Notes under the pieces: generated by a model
Database searches by the model: none
What the model was told of the DNA's origin: nothing
The model's input: only the letters and a program-made list of their open reading frames with translations
Position numbers and translations under genes: made by a program
Part shown: in pieces, positions 1 through 8,895 of the stretch
How positions within the stretch are numbered: the stretch's first letter is position 1
Layout of the letters: the number at the start of each line of letters is the position of its first letter
Source: Blastocatellia bacterium
Lineage (GTDB): Bacteria; Acidobacteriota; Blastocatellia; RBC074
Direction: 5' to 3'
Assembly (NCBI GenBank): GCA_046154695.1
Contig: JBJXFI010000018.1
Coordinates: 1-59,882 of the forward strand
DNA length: 59,882 bases

Positions 1-72
1 CCCGGCAGTCTTGATAAAAATATAATGTGGCGAGCCACCGCGGCGGTGTAGCGCCCGGTTCCGGAGGTCGTT

Positions 73-3000
73 ATGCGGAAGGCAATGAATGCGGAGTGTT
101 CTCTCTCCCCGCGATGGGTGCGATGGACGTTGGCGCTGTTGTGCGTGGGTTCGCTCATCGGATTCGGTGGAGAGGCGGCGCGCCGCACCGCGCGGGATGT
201 GAGCGCCGTGGCGGTGAGCACGGTCTCGGCGGCGAGTTTCGAGTCGGTGTCGGTTTCGCCGGAGTCGATCGTGGCGGCGTTCGGCGCGCAGCTCGCGACC
301 CAGACCTTGATCGCCGGGGATGCCAATCCGAGCCAGCCGGGCATTCAACTGCCGACGGACCTCGGCGGGACGACGGTGGAGGTCAACAGCCGCCGCGCGG
401 GCATCTTTTTCGTTTCCAGCGGACAGGTCAATTTCGTCATTCCGCCCGCGACCGAGACCGGCCAGGCCAATGTGGTCATCCGGTCGGGGGACGGCACGAT
501 CTCCAACGGAACGATGCAGGTCCTGCCGGTCACGCCCGCGATCTTCACGGCCAACGCCAACGGACTCGGGGTTCCGGCCGCCACGCTGCTTCGCGTCAAA
601 ACCAACGGCCAGCAGATCTTCGAGCCCGTATCAAAATTCGATTCAACCTCGAATCGCTTCATCACCAGGCCGATCGACCTTGGACCCGAGGGGGAGCGCG
701 TCTTCCTGGTCCTCTTTCTGACCGGCATTCGCCGCGCCGCGGACACGAATGGCGACGGAAATTTCAATGAGAGCGTGCGCGTCCTGATCGCGGGCGAATC
801 GATGACGCCGCTCTTCGCGGGCGCGCAGTCGGATTTCGTCGGGCTGGATCAGATCAACTTCGAGATTCCCCGCAGCCTGCAGGGCCGGGGCATCGTCAAT
901 CTGTCTGTCAGCGCGCCGGGCTTCTCGACTTCCAATCTGGTCGATATCGAGATCAGCGGCGCGCCCGGCACGCCGCCGCAGATCATCGGGTTCGGCGGCG
1001 CGACGGCGCTTGCCGGGCAGGAATTTCTGATCAACGGCGGCGGATTCTCGCCCACGGCGGCCGAGAACCTGGTGCGCTTCGCGGGCTCCGAGGCGCAGGT
1101 GATGTCGGCCAGCACGTCGCAATTGCGGGTCCTCGTGCCTTTCGGCGTCCAGACCGGGGCCGTCAGCGTGCGAACGCCGCAGGGCGAGATCCTGAGCAAC
1201 GATCCGGTCCAGATTCGCACCTCGATCAGCGGCCTCGTGGAGAACACCGCGCGGCAGCCGATGAGCAATGTCGAGGTCAAGATCACCGGCACCGCCATCA
1301 CGGTCCGCACCAATGCCGAGGGCGCCTTCGTCCTGCCCGACGCCCCCGTGGGCGCGCAGTTCATCGAGATCAACGGCGGATCGCTGAGCGTCAATCCGCC
1401 CTATCCGCGCGTGACGTTAAAGATCACCGCGCAGTCGAGCCGCGATAATCAGTTCGCGCGCCCCATCGCGCTTCAGCAGTCGAACGGCGCAATGGGAACC
1501 ATCGGCACCGGCGCGCCCTTCGCCCCGGAAGCGCCCGCGTCCGAGGAGAACGCCCAGCCCCAGCCGCCCGTCTCGATTCAGATCGGCGGGTTTCAGCTCG
1601 ACGTGCCCGGAAATTCGACGGCCGCGTTCCCGAGCGGCGCAACCCGCGGCCCCGTGACGCTGACCCCGCTGCTCAACGGCCGAACGCCTGTCAATCTTCC
1701 CTTCGGGTATTACAGCGCCAGCGTCGTTCAGATCACGCCCTTCAATGTTCGCATCGGGCTCGGCGCGAAACTGGTCTTCCCGAACTCCGAGTCGCTTCCC
1801 GCCGGCACCAAGGTCGATCTCTTCCGGTTCGATCCGGTGGAGGCGATCTTCACGCGCGAGGCGGACACCGGAATCGTCACGCCCGACGGCCGCCGGATCG
1901 AAACTCCGGCCTCGACCGTCAAGACGACGCACTATTATTTCGCCGCCGCCTTTCGCCAGACGACGACCGCAACGGGGCGCGTGATCGAGAAGAACGGCAA
2001 GCCCGTCTCGCGCGCGCTCGTCCGCTGCCGCGGACAGGAGGCCCTCACCGACGGCGCCGGAACGTTTGTCCTGCGCTACATCCCCGTCACCGCCAACGAA
2101 CCGATCTCCGTCGAGGTCTCGTCCATTCGCACGCCGAGCCGCATCGAGCGGATTCAGAGCCCGACCGCGCCCGCCGTCGTCAACGCGATCACGAAAATTC
2201 CCGATGTCATTCTTCCGGGGCCCACCGAGAATCGGCCGCCGGTCATCCTGGGCGCGAACCGCGTCGAACTCGACGAGGGCAAGAGCTACGATATGAACCT
2301 TCAGATCAGCGATCCCGACGCCGGCCAGACGACCAGCGTGACGCTCGGCGGCGCCACCTTCGGGACGCTCATCAAGGGGACCGGGGACAACTTCCTGCTG
2401 CGCATCTCCCCCAACTTCCAGCAGTCGGGAGAGCACACGATGACCGTCAATGCCGCCGACAACGCCGGCGGAACGACCCGGCTGGATGTCGCGGTGCTGG
2501 TCAACGACGTCAACCGCGCGCCGGAGGCCGTCTCCCAGGCGGTGACCGTCGATCAGAACGGCTCCCTGGCCATTCGCCTCAACGGGACCGATCCCGACGG
2601 CGATCCGCTGACCTATAAACTCCTGACGCAGCCGACTCGCGGCGCGCTCTCGGGCAGCGTCCCCACCCTGACCTACCGGCCGAACACGAACTACGTCGGG
2701 CCCGACAGCTTCACGTTCCGGGTCAGCGACGGCCAGGTCGACAGCGAAACCGCGACCGTCTCCATCACCGTCCGGTCGGCCAATCGCGCGCCGATTCTGA
2801 CCGTTCCCGGCGCGCAATCCACCACCGAGAACAAGTCCATCGCCTTTCCGGTCTCGGCGACCGATCCCGACGCCGGACAGATCGTGACGATCTCCGCCTC
2901 CGGGCTTCCCGCCGGCGCCAGCTTCTCCCCCGCGGCGGGCGCCGCCGCATATGCCTTCAACTGGACGCCCAGCTTCACGCAGGCCGGCACATACACCGTC

Positions 3001-3393
3001 TCGTTCACGGCCACCGACAACGGCGTCCCGCCGCTGAGCGCCACCCGGTCCGTCCAGATCTCGGTTGGTGATGTTCCCGTCCTCGTCGTGCCCGGCGCGC
3101 AAAGCATCACCCAGGGCTCCACCCTGACCTTCAATGTCAGCGCTTCCGCCGCCGCCGCCGGCATCCCCCTGACCATCTCCGGCGTCACCCTGCCCCCCGG
3201 CGCCTCCGTCAGCACCTCCACCGGCAGCTTCGTCCAATTCCGCTGGGTCGTCCCCATCGCCCAACCCACCGGCGTCTATACCGCCACCTTCCGCGCCCTC
3301 TATTCCGGAGCCCCCAACATCAATGAGCAACGCTCCGTCTCCATCACCGTCAATCCCTATATCATCGGGCTCCAGGCGAAACCTCCGCGATAA
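73..3393 (+). CDS. Large secreted multidomain surface/adhesin-like protein (TIGR03437-like N-terminal domain, IPT/TIG, CarboxypepD_reg-like, cadherin-like and Ig-like repeats)
   Basis: 1106-aa ORF with a signal-like hydrophobic N-terminus (WTLALLCVGSLIGFGG). 'VSAASFESVSVSPESIVAAFG..LPTDLGGTTVEVNS..SSGQVNFVIP..FAGAQSDFVGLDQINFEIP' fits the TIGR03437 pattern. 'PQIIGFGG..LRVLVPFGVQTGAVSVRTPQG' is IPT/TIG-like. 'NRAPEAVSQAVTVDQNGS..GTDPDGDPLTY..YVGPDSFTFRVSDG' is cadherin-like. 'SATDPDAGQ..SGLPAGASF' is He_PIG-like. Confidence 0.85.
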   Translation: MRKAMNAECSLSPRWVRWTLALLCVGSLIGFGGEAARRTARDVSAVAVSTVSAASFESVSVSPESIVAAFGAQLATQTLIAGDANPSQPGIQLPTDLGGTTVEVNSRRAGIFFVSSGQVNFVIPPATETGQANVVIRSGDGTISNGTMQVLPVTPAIFTANANGLGVPAATLLRVKTNGQQIFEPVSKFDSTSNRFITRPIDLGPEGERVFLVLFLTGIRRAADTNGDGNFNESVRVLIAGESMTPLFAGAQSDFVGLDQINFEIPRSLQGRGIVNLSVSAPGFSTSNLVDIEISGAPGTPPQIIGFGGATALAGQEFLINGGGFSPTAAENLVRFAGSEAQVMSASTSQLRVLVPFGVQTGAVSVRTPQGEILSNDPVQIRTSISGLVENTARQPMSNVEVKITGTAITVRTNAEGAFVLPDAPVGAQFIEINGGSLSVNPPYPRVTLKITAQSSRDNQFARPIALQQSNGAMGTIGTGAPFAPEAPASEENAQPQPPVSIQIGGFQLDVPGNSTAAFPSGATRGPVTLTPLLNGRTPVNLPFGYYSASVVQITPFNVRIGLGAKLVFPNSESLPAGTKVDLFRFDPVEAIFTREADTGIVTPDGRRIETPASTVKTTHYYFAAAFRQTTTATGRVIEKNGKPVSRALVRCRGQEALTDGAGTFVLRYIPVTANEPISVEVSSIRTPSRIERIQSPTAPAVVNAITKIPDVILPGPTENRPPVILGANRVELDEGKSYDMNLQISDPDAGQTTSVTLGGATFGTLIKGTGDNFLLRISPNFQQSGEHTMTVNAADNAGGTTRLDVAVLVNDVNRAPEAVSQAVTVDQNGSLAIRLNGTDPDGDPLTYKLLTQPTRGALSGSVPTLTYRPNTNYVGPDSFTFRVSDGQVDSETATVSITVRSANRAPILTVPGAQSTTENKSIAFPVSATDPDAGQIVTISASGLPAGASFSPAAGAAAYAFNWTPSFTQAGTYTVSFTATDNGVPPLSATRSVQISVGDVPVLVVPGAQSITQGSTLTFNVSASAAAAGIPLTISGVTLPPGASVSTSTGSFVQFRWVVPIAQPTGVYTATFRALYSGAPNINEQRSVSITVNPYIIGLQAKPPR

Positions 3394-3553
3394 CCCCCGC
3401 CGCCGGTTTTTTTCTCCGGTGACCCCCAAAAAGTTGAAATAAAATCGGCCGATGTGGAATCATCGGCCGAAGCCAACGTCTGTTCCATGTAGGCAAGGTG
3501 TAAAACGAGCGGCCGCGGGGCCTGTTCATCCTCCGCGCCCGGCGGGAGCGTAT

Positions 3554-3668
3554 TCGGGGAGCGGGGTTGGGGAGCGGGGGTCGGGGAGCGGGGGTCGGGG
3601 AGCGGGGGTCGGGGAGAGGGGGTCGGGGAGCGGGGGTCGGGGAGCGGGGTCGGGGAGCGGTGTCGGGA
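3554..3668. repeat. G-rich tandem repeat, about 8.5 units of a 13-14 bp unit (consensus TCGGGGAGCGGGGG)
   Basis: Read directly: TCGGGGAGCGGGGT / TGGGGAGCGGGGG / TCGGGGAGCGGGGG x2 / TCGGGGAGAGGGGG / TCGGGGAGCGGGGG / two shortened units. It lies between the adhesin-like gene and the sigma-factor gene. Confidence 0.95.
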
Positions 3669-3907
3669 AGACGCGAGAAAGAGACGCAGGGCTCGGTCAG
3701 AATTCCAATTAGACATTTTTCAGTCGAATAAGATATTAGACAGGTAATGCATTCAACCGGCAGTACTGCTTGCCGGAGGCATGCCCGACTTCACTCCCCT
3801 TGAAGCCTGGGCGCGCCGCCGGCGCCCCGCAACCAATAACCATCAATCAATTGATCACTGCCATTTTGGTTTGCGAGGTTGGGAAGGCGCATGGAAAGGC
3901 GCGTGGA

Positions 3908-4954
3908 ATGGATAGGACATTAGCGGCGTTTTTGCACACAACGGACTCAGCCGAGCGTGAACGTCTCTTGCGGGAACTGATTCTGGATCAGGCGGCTCCC
4001 GTGGTGCGGCAGGCGCTGCGGTACCGGCTGCGATTTTACGCGGGGGGAGGCCGGTCCGGGGGGATGAATCCGGATGCGGAGGATCTGTACCACGATGTGC
4101 TGGCGAAACTCGTGCGGGTGTTGAACCAGATGCACCCGCAGGAGGACGCGGGCGAGATCAAGGATTTCCGGCAGTATGCGACGCGGGTGGCGGTCAATTC
4201 GTGCAACGATTATTTGCGGTCGAAGTATCCGTTGCGGACGCGATTGAAGGACAAGGTGAGGGACACGCTGGAGAGGCACGGGGAGTTCGCTGTGTGGAGA
4301 TCGGAGCAGGGAGAGCTGTTTTGCGGGTTGGTCGTGTGGGGGAGAGATCGTCGATCGGGGAGCGCGGGCGAGCGGCTGCGAGCCCTGGAGGAGCAGCCGG
4401 AGCTGCTTCGGCATGGGCGGCTGGGTGGGGACGAGGCGCGCGGGATGCCGCTCCCGCGGCTGCTTCAGGAGATCTTTGAATGGGTGTGCTCCCCGATGGA
4501 GTTGGAGAGCCTGGTGAACGCGACCGCCGTCTTGCTCGATATACGGGAGCATCAGTTCGAATCGATCGACGATGAGGCCAGCCTGCTGCCGAATCGGTTG
4601 TCGGCGGAGGGGCCCGCCTCGGATCAGATCCTCGAAGGGCGGGTGACGCTGGAGAAGCTCTGGAAGGACATCCGCCACCTGCCGGTCAGCCAGCGAGACA
4701 CCATCATCTACACGTTCTATGATTCGAAGGGGGATGATCTGTTGAGCCTGCTGTTCGAGGCGAGCATCGTGACCCCTTCGCAGATGGCGAGCGAACTGGG
4801 CGTTTCGCTGGAGCGTCTGCTGACGATCTGGAAGGAGATGCCGATGCGCAATGTCGATGCGGCGATTCTGATGGGGGTCGACCGCCAGGCGGTCAATAAA
4901 TGGCGGCACCGGGCGAAGAAGCGCCTGGAGCAGTGCTTTCAGCGGGTGATATGA
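3908..4954 (+). CDS. Unusually long sigma-70/ECF-like RNA polymerase sigma factor
   Basis: Region-2-like 'DAEDLYHDVLAKLVRVL..FRQYATRVAVNSCNDYLRSKYP'. C-terminal region-4-like HTH 'LPVSQRDTIIYTF..MASELGVSLERL..GVDRQAVNKWRHRAKKRLEQ'. ATG at 3908; the ORF track starts at a TTG at 3770. Confidence 0.65.
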   Translation: MDRTLAAFLHTTDSAERERLLRELILDQAAPVVRQALRYRLRFYAGGGRSGGMNPDAEDLYHDVLAKLVRVLNQMHPQEDAGEIKDFRQYATRVAVNSCNDYLRSKYPLRTRLKDKVRDTLERHGEFAVWRSEQGELFCGLVVWGRDRRSGSAGERLRALEEQPELLRHGRLGGDEARGMPLPRLLQEIFEWVCSPMELESLVNATAVLLDIREHQFESIDDEASLLPNRLSAEGPASDQILEGRVTLEKLWKDIRHLPVSQRDTIIYTFYDSKGDDLLSLLFEASIVTPSQMASELGVSLERLLTIWKEMPMRNVDAAILMGVDRQAVNKWRHRAKKRLEQCFQRVI

Positions 4955-4994
4955 AATTCCTCACGATTCCCACGAACAGCAGAGAGTGTGTTGT

Positions 4995-6209
4995 ATGCCT
5001 GATCACATTTCAAAACGAAGGATGACGCAATTTCGAGATCGAACGCTGGGAGTCGCCTCCCTGTGCGAGATCGCCCGGCATGTGGAGTTATGCGCCTCCT
5101 GCCACCAGCGATATCGCGAGGTCTTTCAGGAGAAGCGGGGGCCGGGGGCGGCCTGGTTCGGATTCTCCTCGGACAATTGGTTGAAGGAGGAGCATCTGGA
5201 TGGCGAGCGGATGGTTGCGTTCGCCGACGGCCGGGCGGAGGCGGAGGATTGCGAGATCATCGAGGAGCATTTGCGGATTTGCGGGCCGTGCCGGTCGGAT
5301 GTCGAGCGCCTGCGTGCGCATCGACGGGAAGAGGGCGAGAAGGGGGCGGGATGGCGCCGATGGATCGGGCTCCCGAAGAGCCAGGCGGCGGGCGGTCCGT
5401 GGGCGGGGTGGGTGATTCCGGCGCTGGCGGTGCTGCTGTTTCTTCTGCTGCTGGGCGCGATCCGTTGGGGAGGCCGGGGGCGGACCGAGGCGCCGCGCAC
5501 GGGAGACGCGGCCGTCGCTCCGGCGCCCCCTCCCGAAGAGAAGAGGGAAGCCCCCGAGCCTTCGCGGCCGCCCGAGGTTCGGCGAGATCGGCCGGCTTCC
5601 GTCGAGGCCGCCCGGGCCGGTGTGCGGCGGGTGCGAAGCGAGGGGCGGCTGGAGCGTCCCCCGATTCTGGATGATCTGATGATGGAACCCGGTATGACCC
5701 GCAGTGATCCGCGGGGCGACACGGAGTTCCGTCTCGTCTCGCCCCCGCAGGAGGTCATTCCGGAGAGCCGGCCCACGTTCCGGTGGGATGGCCTGCGAGG
5801 CGCGACGGGCTACAAGGTCTCTGTCGCCTCCCCCTCCGACTGGAAGGCCGTCGAGAGCCCCGCCCTCGACGGCGCGACGCGATCCTGGACGCCGCCCTCG
5901 CCCATGCGGCGCGGCGAGACCTATACCTGGGTCGTTCAGGCGCTCACCCCGGACGGCGGCGTCCGCATCCCCTCGACCGCCGAGCCGGAGCGGCGATTCA
6001 AGATTCTCAACGCCCGCGATTATCAACGCCTCCTGGAGCTTCGCCGGCAGAACCCGCCCCGCCTCGCCCGCGCCATCCTGTACGCGCAAATGGGACTGCT
6101 CGGCGACGCGGAAGCGGATCTTCTGCTGCTTCCCCGCGAAGGCCCCGACGCCGCCCTCATCTCCCGCCTGCTTGTCCAAATTCGCGCCTGGCGGCAATTG
6201 CGCCCCTGA
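4995..6209 (+). CDS. Membrane anti-sigma factor with two zf-HC2 (H-x3-C-x2-C) motifs
   Basis: 'HVELCASC' and 'HLRICGPC' motifs, one TM segment (WVIPALAVLLFLLLLGAI), a Pro/Arg-rich linker and an extracytoplasmic C-terminal domain. Begins 41 nt after the stop of the sigma gene. ATG at 4995 (alternative GTG at 4986). Confidence 0.7.
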   Translation: MPDHISKRRMTQFRDRTLGVASLCEIARHVELCASCHQRYREVFQEKRGPGAAWFGFSSDNWLKEEHLDGERMVAFADGRAEAEDCEIIEEHLRICGPCRSDVERLRAHRREEGEKGAGWRRWIGLPKSQAAGGPWAGWVIPALAVLLFLLLLGAIRWGGRGRTEAPRTGDAAVAPAPPPEEKREAPEPSRPPEVRRDRPASVEAARAGVRRVRSEGRLERPPILDDLMMEPGMTRSDPRGDTEFRLVSPPQEVIPESRPTFRWDGLRGATGYKVSVASPSDWKAVESPALDGATRSWTPPSPMRRGETYTWVVQALTPDGGVRIPSTAEPERRFKILNARDYQRLLELRRQNPPRLARAILYAQMGLLGDAEADLLLLPREGPDAALISRLLVQIRAWRQLRP

Positions 6210-6398
6210 GGATAGCGGCATTATATCGCTTTGCAGTTGCATTTACGGAAGAGAGTCACCACGGGGAAGAAGAAAGAAAGCCAATGTTTTCGCCTTCTGC
6301 CTCCCCGTGGTCCCCGTGCTCCCCGTGGTTAATTCCCTCCACTCAATTGCAAACCGATCTAGGTTCGCGGCTTCGCGGGAGACGCAATTCCGCAGGGC

Positions 6399-7493
6399 TC
6401 AATTCCCGATATTGAGGTACGCGATATTCGAGACGAAGCCGCTGGCGATGACCGTGACGCCGATCAGGCCGACGCCGCGCAGGCTCTCCTGCAGTTGGAC
6501 GTTGATCTGGTCGAGCCCTGCGTATTGGGCGTGCGGCCCGGCGAAAAGGATGTTGCAGTTCTGTCCGCCGACCTTGACCTGAATGCCCGAGAGATCGCGC
6601 AGTCCGGTGCCGAACAGGATCAAGTAGCTCGGACGCCCCGGGCTGCCGACGCTGATCGGAATGGCGTTCCCGTTCGCATCGACCGTCTGCGAGAAGGTTC
6701 GGCCATCCGCGGTCACGAGCGCGGCGATGACCCGGTTGCTGACGAAGATGCCCGGATTGGGGCCGGTCAGCGCGACGCCCTCCGTCCGCTGCCCGCTCGA
6801 GCCGTTCACCGCGACGTTGACCGCGCCGATATTGGTCGCCGGCATCAGGAAGTTGATCTGCGTCGGCGAGACATAAAAGAGGCTGACGGCCTCTCCGTTG
6901 ACGAGGACCTGCGTTCCCGAGATGTTCGTCGGCAGCGGGAGCCCCGTCGCCGACGAGGTCATCGAGGTCAGCGACTGCCCCTCATTCGCGAAGACCGTCG
7001 CGATCGAGCCGGGCGCGACCGGCGCCGTGAACGAGGCCGACGAGACCAGATTCATCTGGGGGCCGCCTCCCGTGCAGAGATCGCACGGCTTCGTGTGCGG
7101 CGCATTCCCCGTCGTCTCCACCGAACAGCTCGCGCCCGACCGCATCACCTGCTTGATGATGTACCGCGCGGCGAACCCGCACCCGACCGGCTCGGTCCAT
7201 GAGATCGCATTGGCCGCCGCGTCTCCCACCTTCGTCCCCCCGCGAAAGATCTCATAATGATCGATCAGCGAAATCGGATTCTGGTTCAGCCACCGCAGGT
7301 TGATGTTCGAACACGAAGACGGGTACCCTTGAAACAGGGGCGGCTTGCATGTCGTTTGCGCCTCCGCCATCCGAATCACACCCTGCCGGCTCGTCGTCGA
7401 ACACAGCGCCAACAGACACACTGCCAGAATCAGCAGTGACCTACCTTGCAACATGACATACCTCCATGCGAACGGGCGGAAGGGCGCGCGCAC
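6399..7493 (-). CDS. Secreted protein with C-terminal TIGR03437-like domain
   Basis: Signal-like 'LLILAVCLLALCS'. C-terminal 'VSSASFTAPVAPGSIATVFA..LPTNISGTQVLVNGEAVSLFYVSPTQINFLMP..FAGPHAQYAGLDQINVQL'. Alternative start at Met14 (7454). Confidence 0.8.
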   Translation of the reverse strand: MRAPFRPFAWRYVMLQGRSLLILAVCLLALCSTTSRQGVIRMAEAQTTCKPPLFQGYPSSCSNINLRWLNQNPISLIDHYEIFRGGTKVGDAAANAISWTEPVGCGFAARYIIKQVMRSGASCSVETTGNAPHTKPCDLCTGGGPQMNLVSSASFTAPVAPGSIATVFANEGQSLTSMTSSATGLPLPTNISGTQVLVNGEAVSLFYVSPTQINFLMPATNIGAVNVAVNGSSGQRTEGVALTGPNPGIFVSNRVIAALVTADGRTFSQTVDANGNAIPISVGSPGRPSYLILFGTGLRDLSGIQVKVGGQNCNILFAGPHAQYAGLDQINVQLQESLRGVGLIGVTVIASGFVSNIAYLNIGN

Positions 7494-7875
7494 GCTGATT
7501 TCAGGCGCACCTTTCCCTCGCTCGCGAATGAACAGCCAGAGAACAGGTTGGCAAATAAATCGGGGGGTCGTCTATTACGGTAGGGGATGCAAATGGGGCG
7601 ATGAGGATTCCGGGGCGGGAACCTTCAGGGCAATGGAGGAATGTGAGTGAGATTTCAACTAACTACCCGCGGCTAGTGTAGTCATCCCCGTCCTACAGAT
7701 CAATACGAAAAGTTTACACCTTCATTAGAAATCCCCTCGGTTATCTTCTCCGAAGGAACACCGGCCGCGATCCGCCGCTCCTGTCGTGCGGCAATGTTTC
7801 TCCCCTATAATCACCTCCGTTCCTGCTTGACTTGAAATAAACAAGAGCGAGGTGTGCGGCTTTTTCGAGAAGAGG

Positions 7876-8853
7876 ATGAAACATTCGATCGTTGTCCCAT
7901 TCCACGATGAGGAAGAGAATCTGCCGGTGTTGTATCGCCGTTTGACGACGGTGATGGAGGCGGTGGGCGGGGAATACGAGCTCGTCTTCATCGACGACGG
8001 CAGCGCGGACCGGACGCCGGCGTTGATGAAGGAGATCTGCGCGCTCGATCCGCGCGTCGTGGGCGTAAGGCTGCGGCGGAATTTCGGGCAGACCTCGGCG
8101 CTGGCGGCGGGGTTCGATCATGCGGTGGGGGAGGTGATCATTGCGATGGACGGGGATCTGCAGCACTGTCCGGAAGACATCCCGCGGTTTCTGGCGAAGA
8201 TCGACGAGGGTTTCGATGTGGTCAGCGGCTGGCGGCAGGACCGGCAGGACGGGTTTCGGCGGACGTTTCCCTCCAGGATCGCGAATCGCCTGATGGCCGT
8301 GGCCTCCGGGGTGCAGATTCACGACTTCGGGACGACCTTCAAGGCCTATCGGCGCGACGTGCTGCGGCGGATTCCCCTCTACGGCCAGATGCACCGGTTC
8401 ATTCCCGCGATGGCCAGCATCGAGGGCGCCCTGATCGCGGAGGTTCCGATCGAGGACCAGCCGCGCGCCGCCGGGAAGTCGCATTACGGGTTCTCGCGAA
8501 CCTTCCGCGTGATGTTCGATATTCTGACAATACGGCTGATCGTCCGGTATCTCTCCCGGCCGCTCCATTTCTTCGGCGGCATCGGCGCTCTGATGATTTC
8601 GCTCGCCCTGGCGCTGGCGGCATGGCTGCTCTTCAAAAAGCTCTATTGGCGCGAGGATATCTTCATTCAGAACGGGCCGATGCTGCTCTTCACGGCGGTG
8701 GCCTTTCTCGGCGGTATCCAGTTTCTGGGCCTGGGTTTGCTCGGCGATCTCTTCGCGCGGCTGTATTACGCGCCGGAGCAGCGAAGCATTTACAACGTCG
8801 CGCGGATCTATCGCAGCGAGCTGTCGCGCGATTCGGCCCCCGAGCGAAAGTGA
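7876..8853 (+). CDS. Family 2 glycosyltransferase, polyprenyl-phosphate sugar transferase type (ArnC/GtrB/DPM1-like)
   Basis: 'IVVPFHDEEENLPVLYRRL..YELVFIDDGSADRT', 'IAMDGDLQH', two C-terminal TM helices. ATG at 7876 preceded by GAGAAGAGG (the ORF track gives a GTG at 7852). Confidence 0.85.
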   Translation: MKHSIVVPFHDEEENLPVLYRRLTTVMEAVGGEYELVFIDDGSADRTPALMKEICALDPRVVGVRLRRNFGQTSALAAGFDHAVGEVIIAMDGDLQHCPEDIPRFLAKIDEGFDVVSGWRQDRQDGFRRTFPSRIANRLMAVASGVQIHDFGTTFKAYRRDVLRRIPLYGQMHRFIPAMASIEGALIAEVPIEDQPRAAGKSHYGFSRTFRVMFDILTIRLIVRYLSRPLHFFGGIGALMISLALALAAWLLFKKLYWREDIFIQNGPMLLFTAVAFLGGIQFLGLGLLGDLFARLYYAPEQRSIYNVARIYRSELSRDSAPERK

Positions 8854-8895
8854 GGCGCTTCTCCCTCTCCGTTCAAACGAGCGATTCGGCGGAAG

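Noticed and set aside
1417-3429. 670-aa minus-strand ORF antisense to the adhesin-like gene. Similar long antisense ORFs occur at 33833-36928 (+, 1031 aa), 38902-40827 (-, 641 aa), 23592-25484 (-, 630 aa) and 56216-58951 (+, 911 aa).
   Set aside because: These are Arg/Gly/Asp/Ala-rich, low-complexity shadow frames typical of high-GC DNA. Each lies opposite a gene with clear family motifs (frdAB, sdhA, ATP-grasp genes, infB).
3394-3430. Terminator after the adhesin-like gene (CCGGTTTTTTTCTCCGG).
   Set aside because: Only a 4-bp palindromic stem flanks the T-run, so it is not a convincing hairpin.
3554-3668. Possible CRISPR array, given the regularly spaced repeats.
   Set aside because: The units are contiguous 13-14 bp repeats with no unique spacers, and there are no cas genes in the window.
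3357-3716. ORFs of 119 aa (-) and 86 aa (+) with 'PRSPTP' and 'GERGSGSGGRGAG' repeats.
   Set aside because: They are direct translations of the 14-bp G-rich tandem repeat and are not credible proteins.
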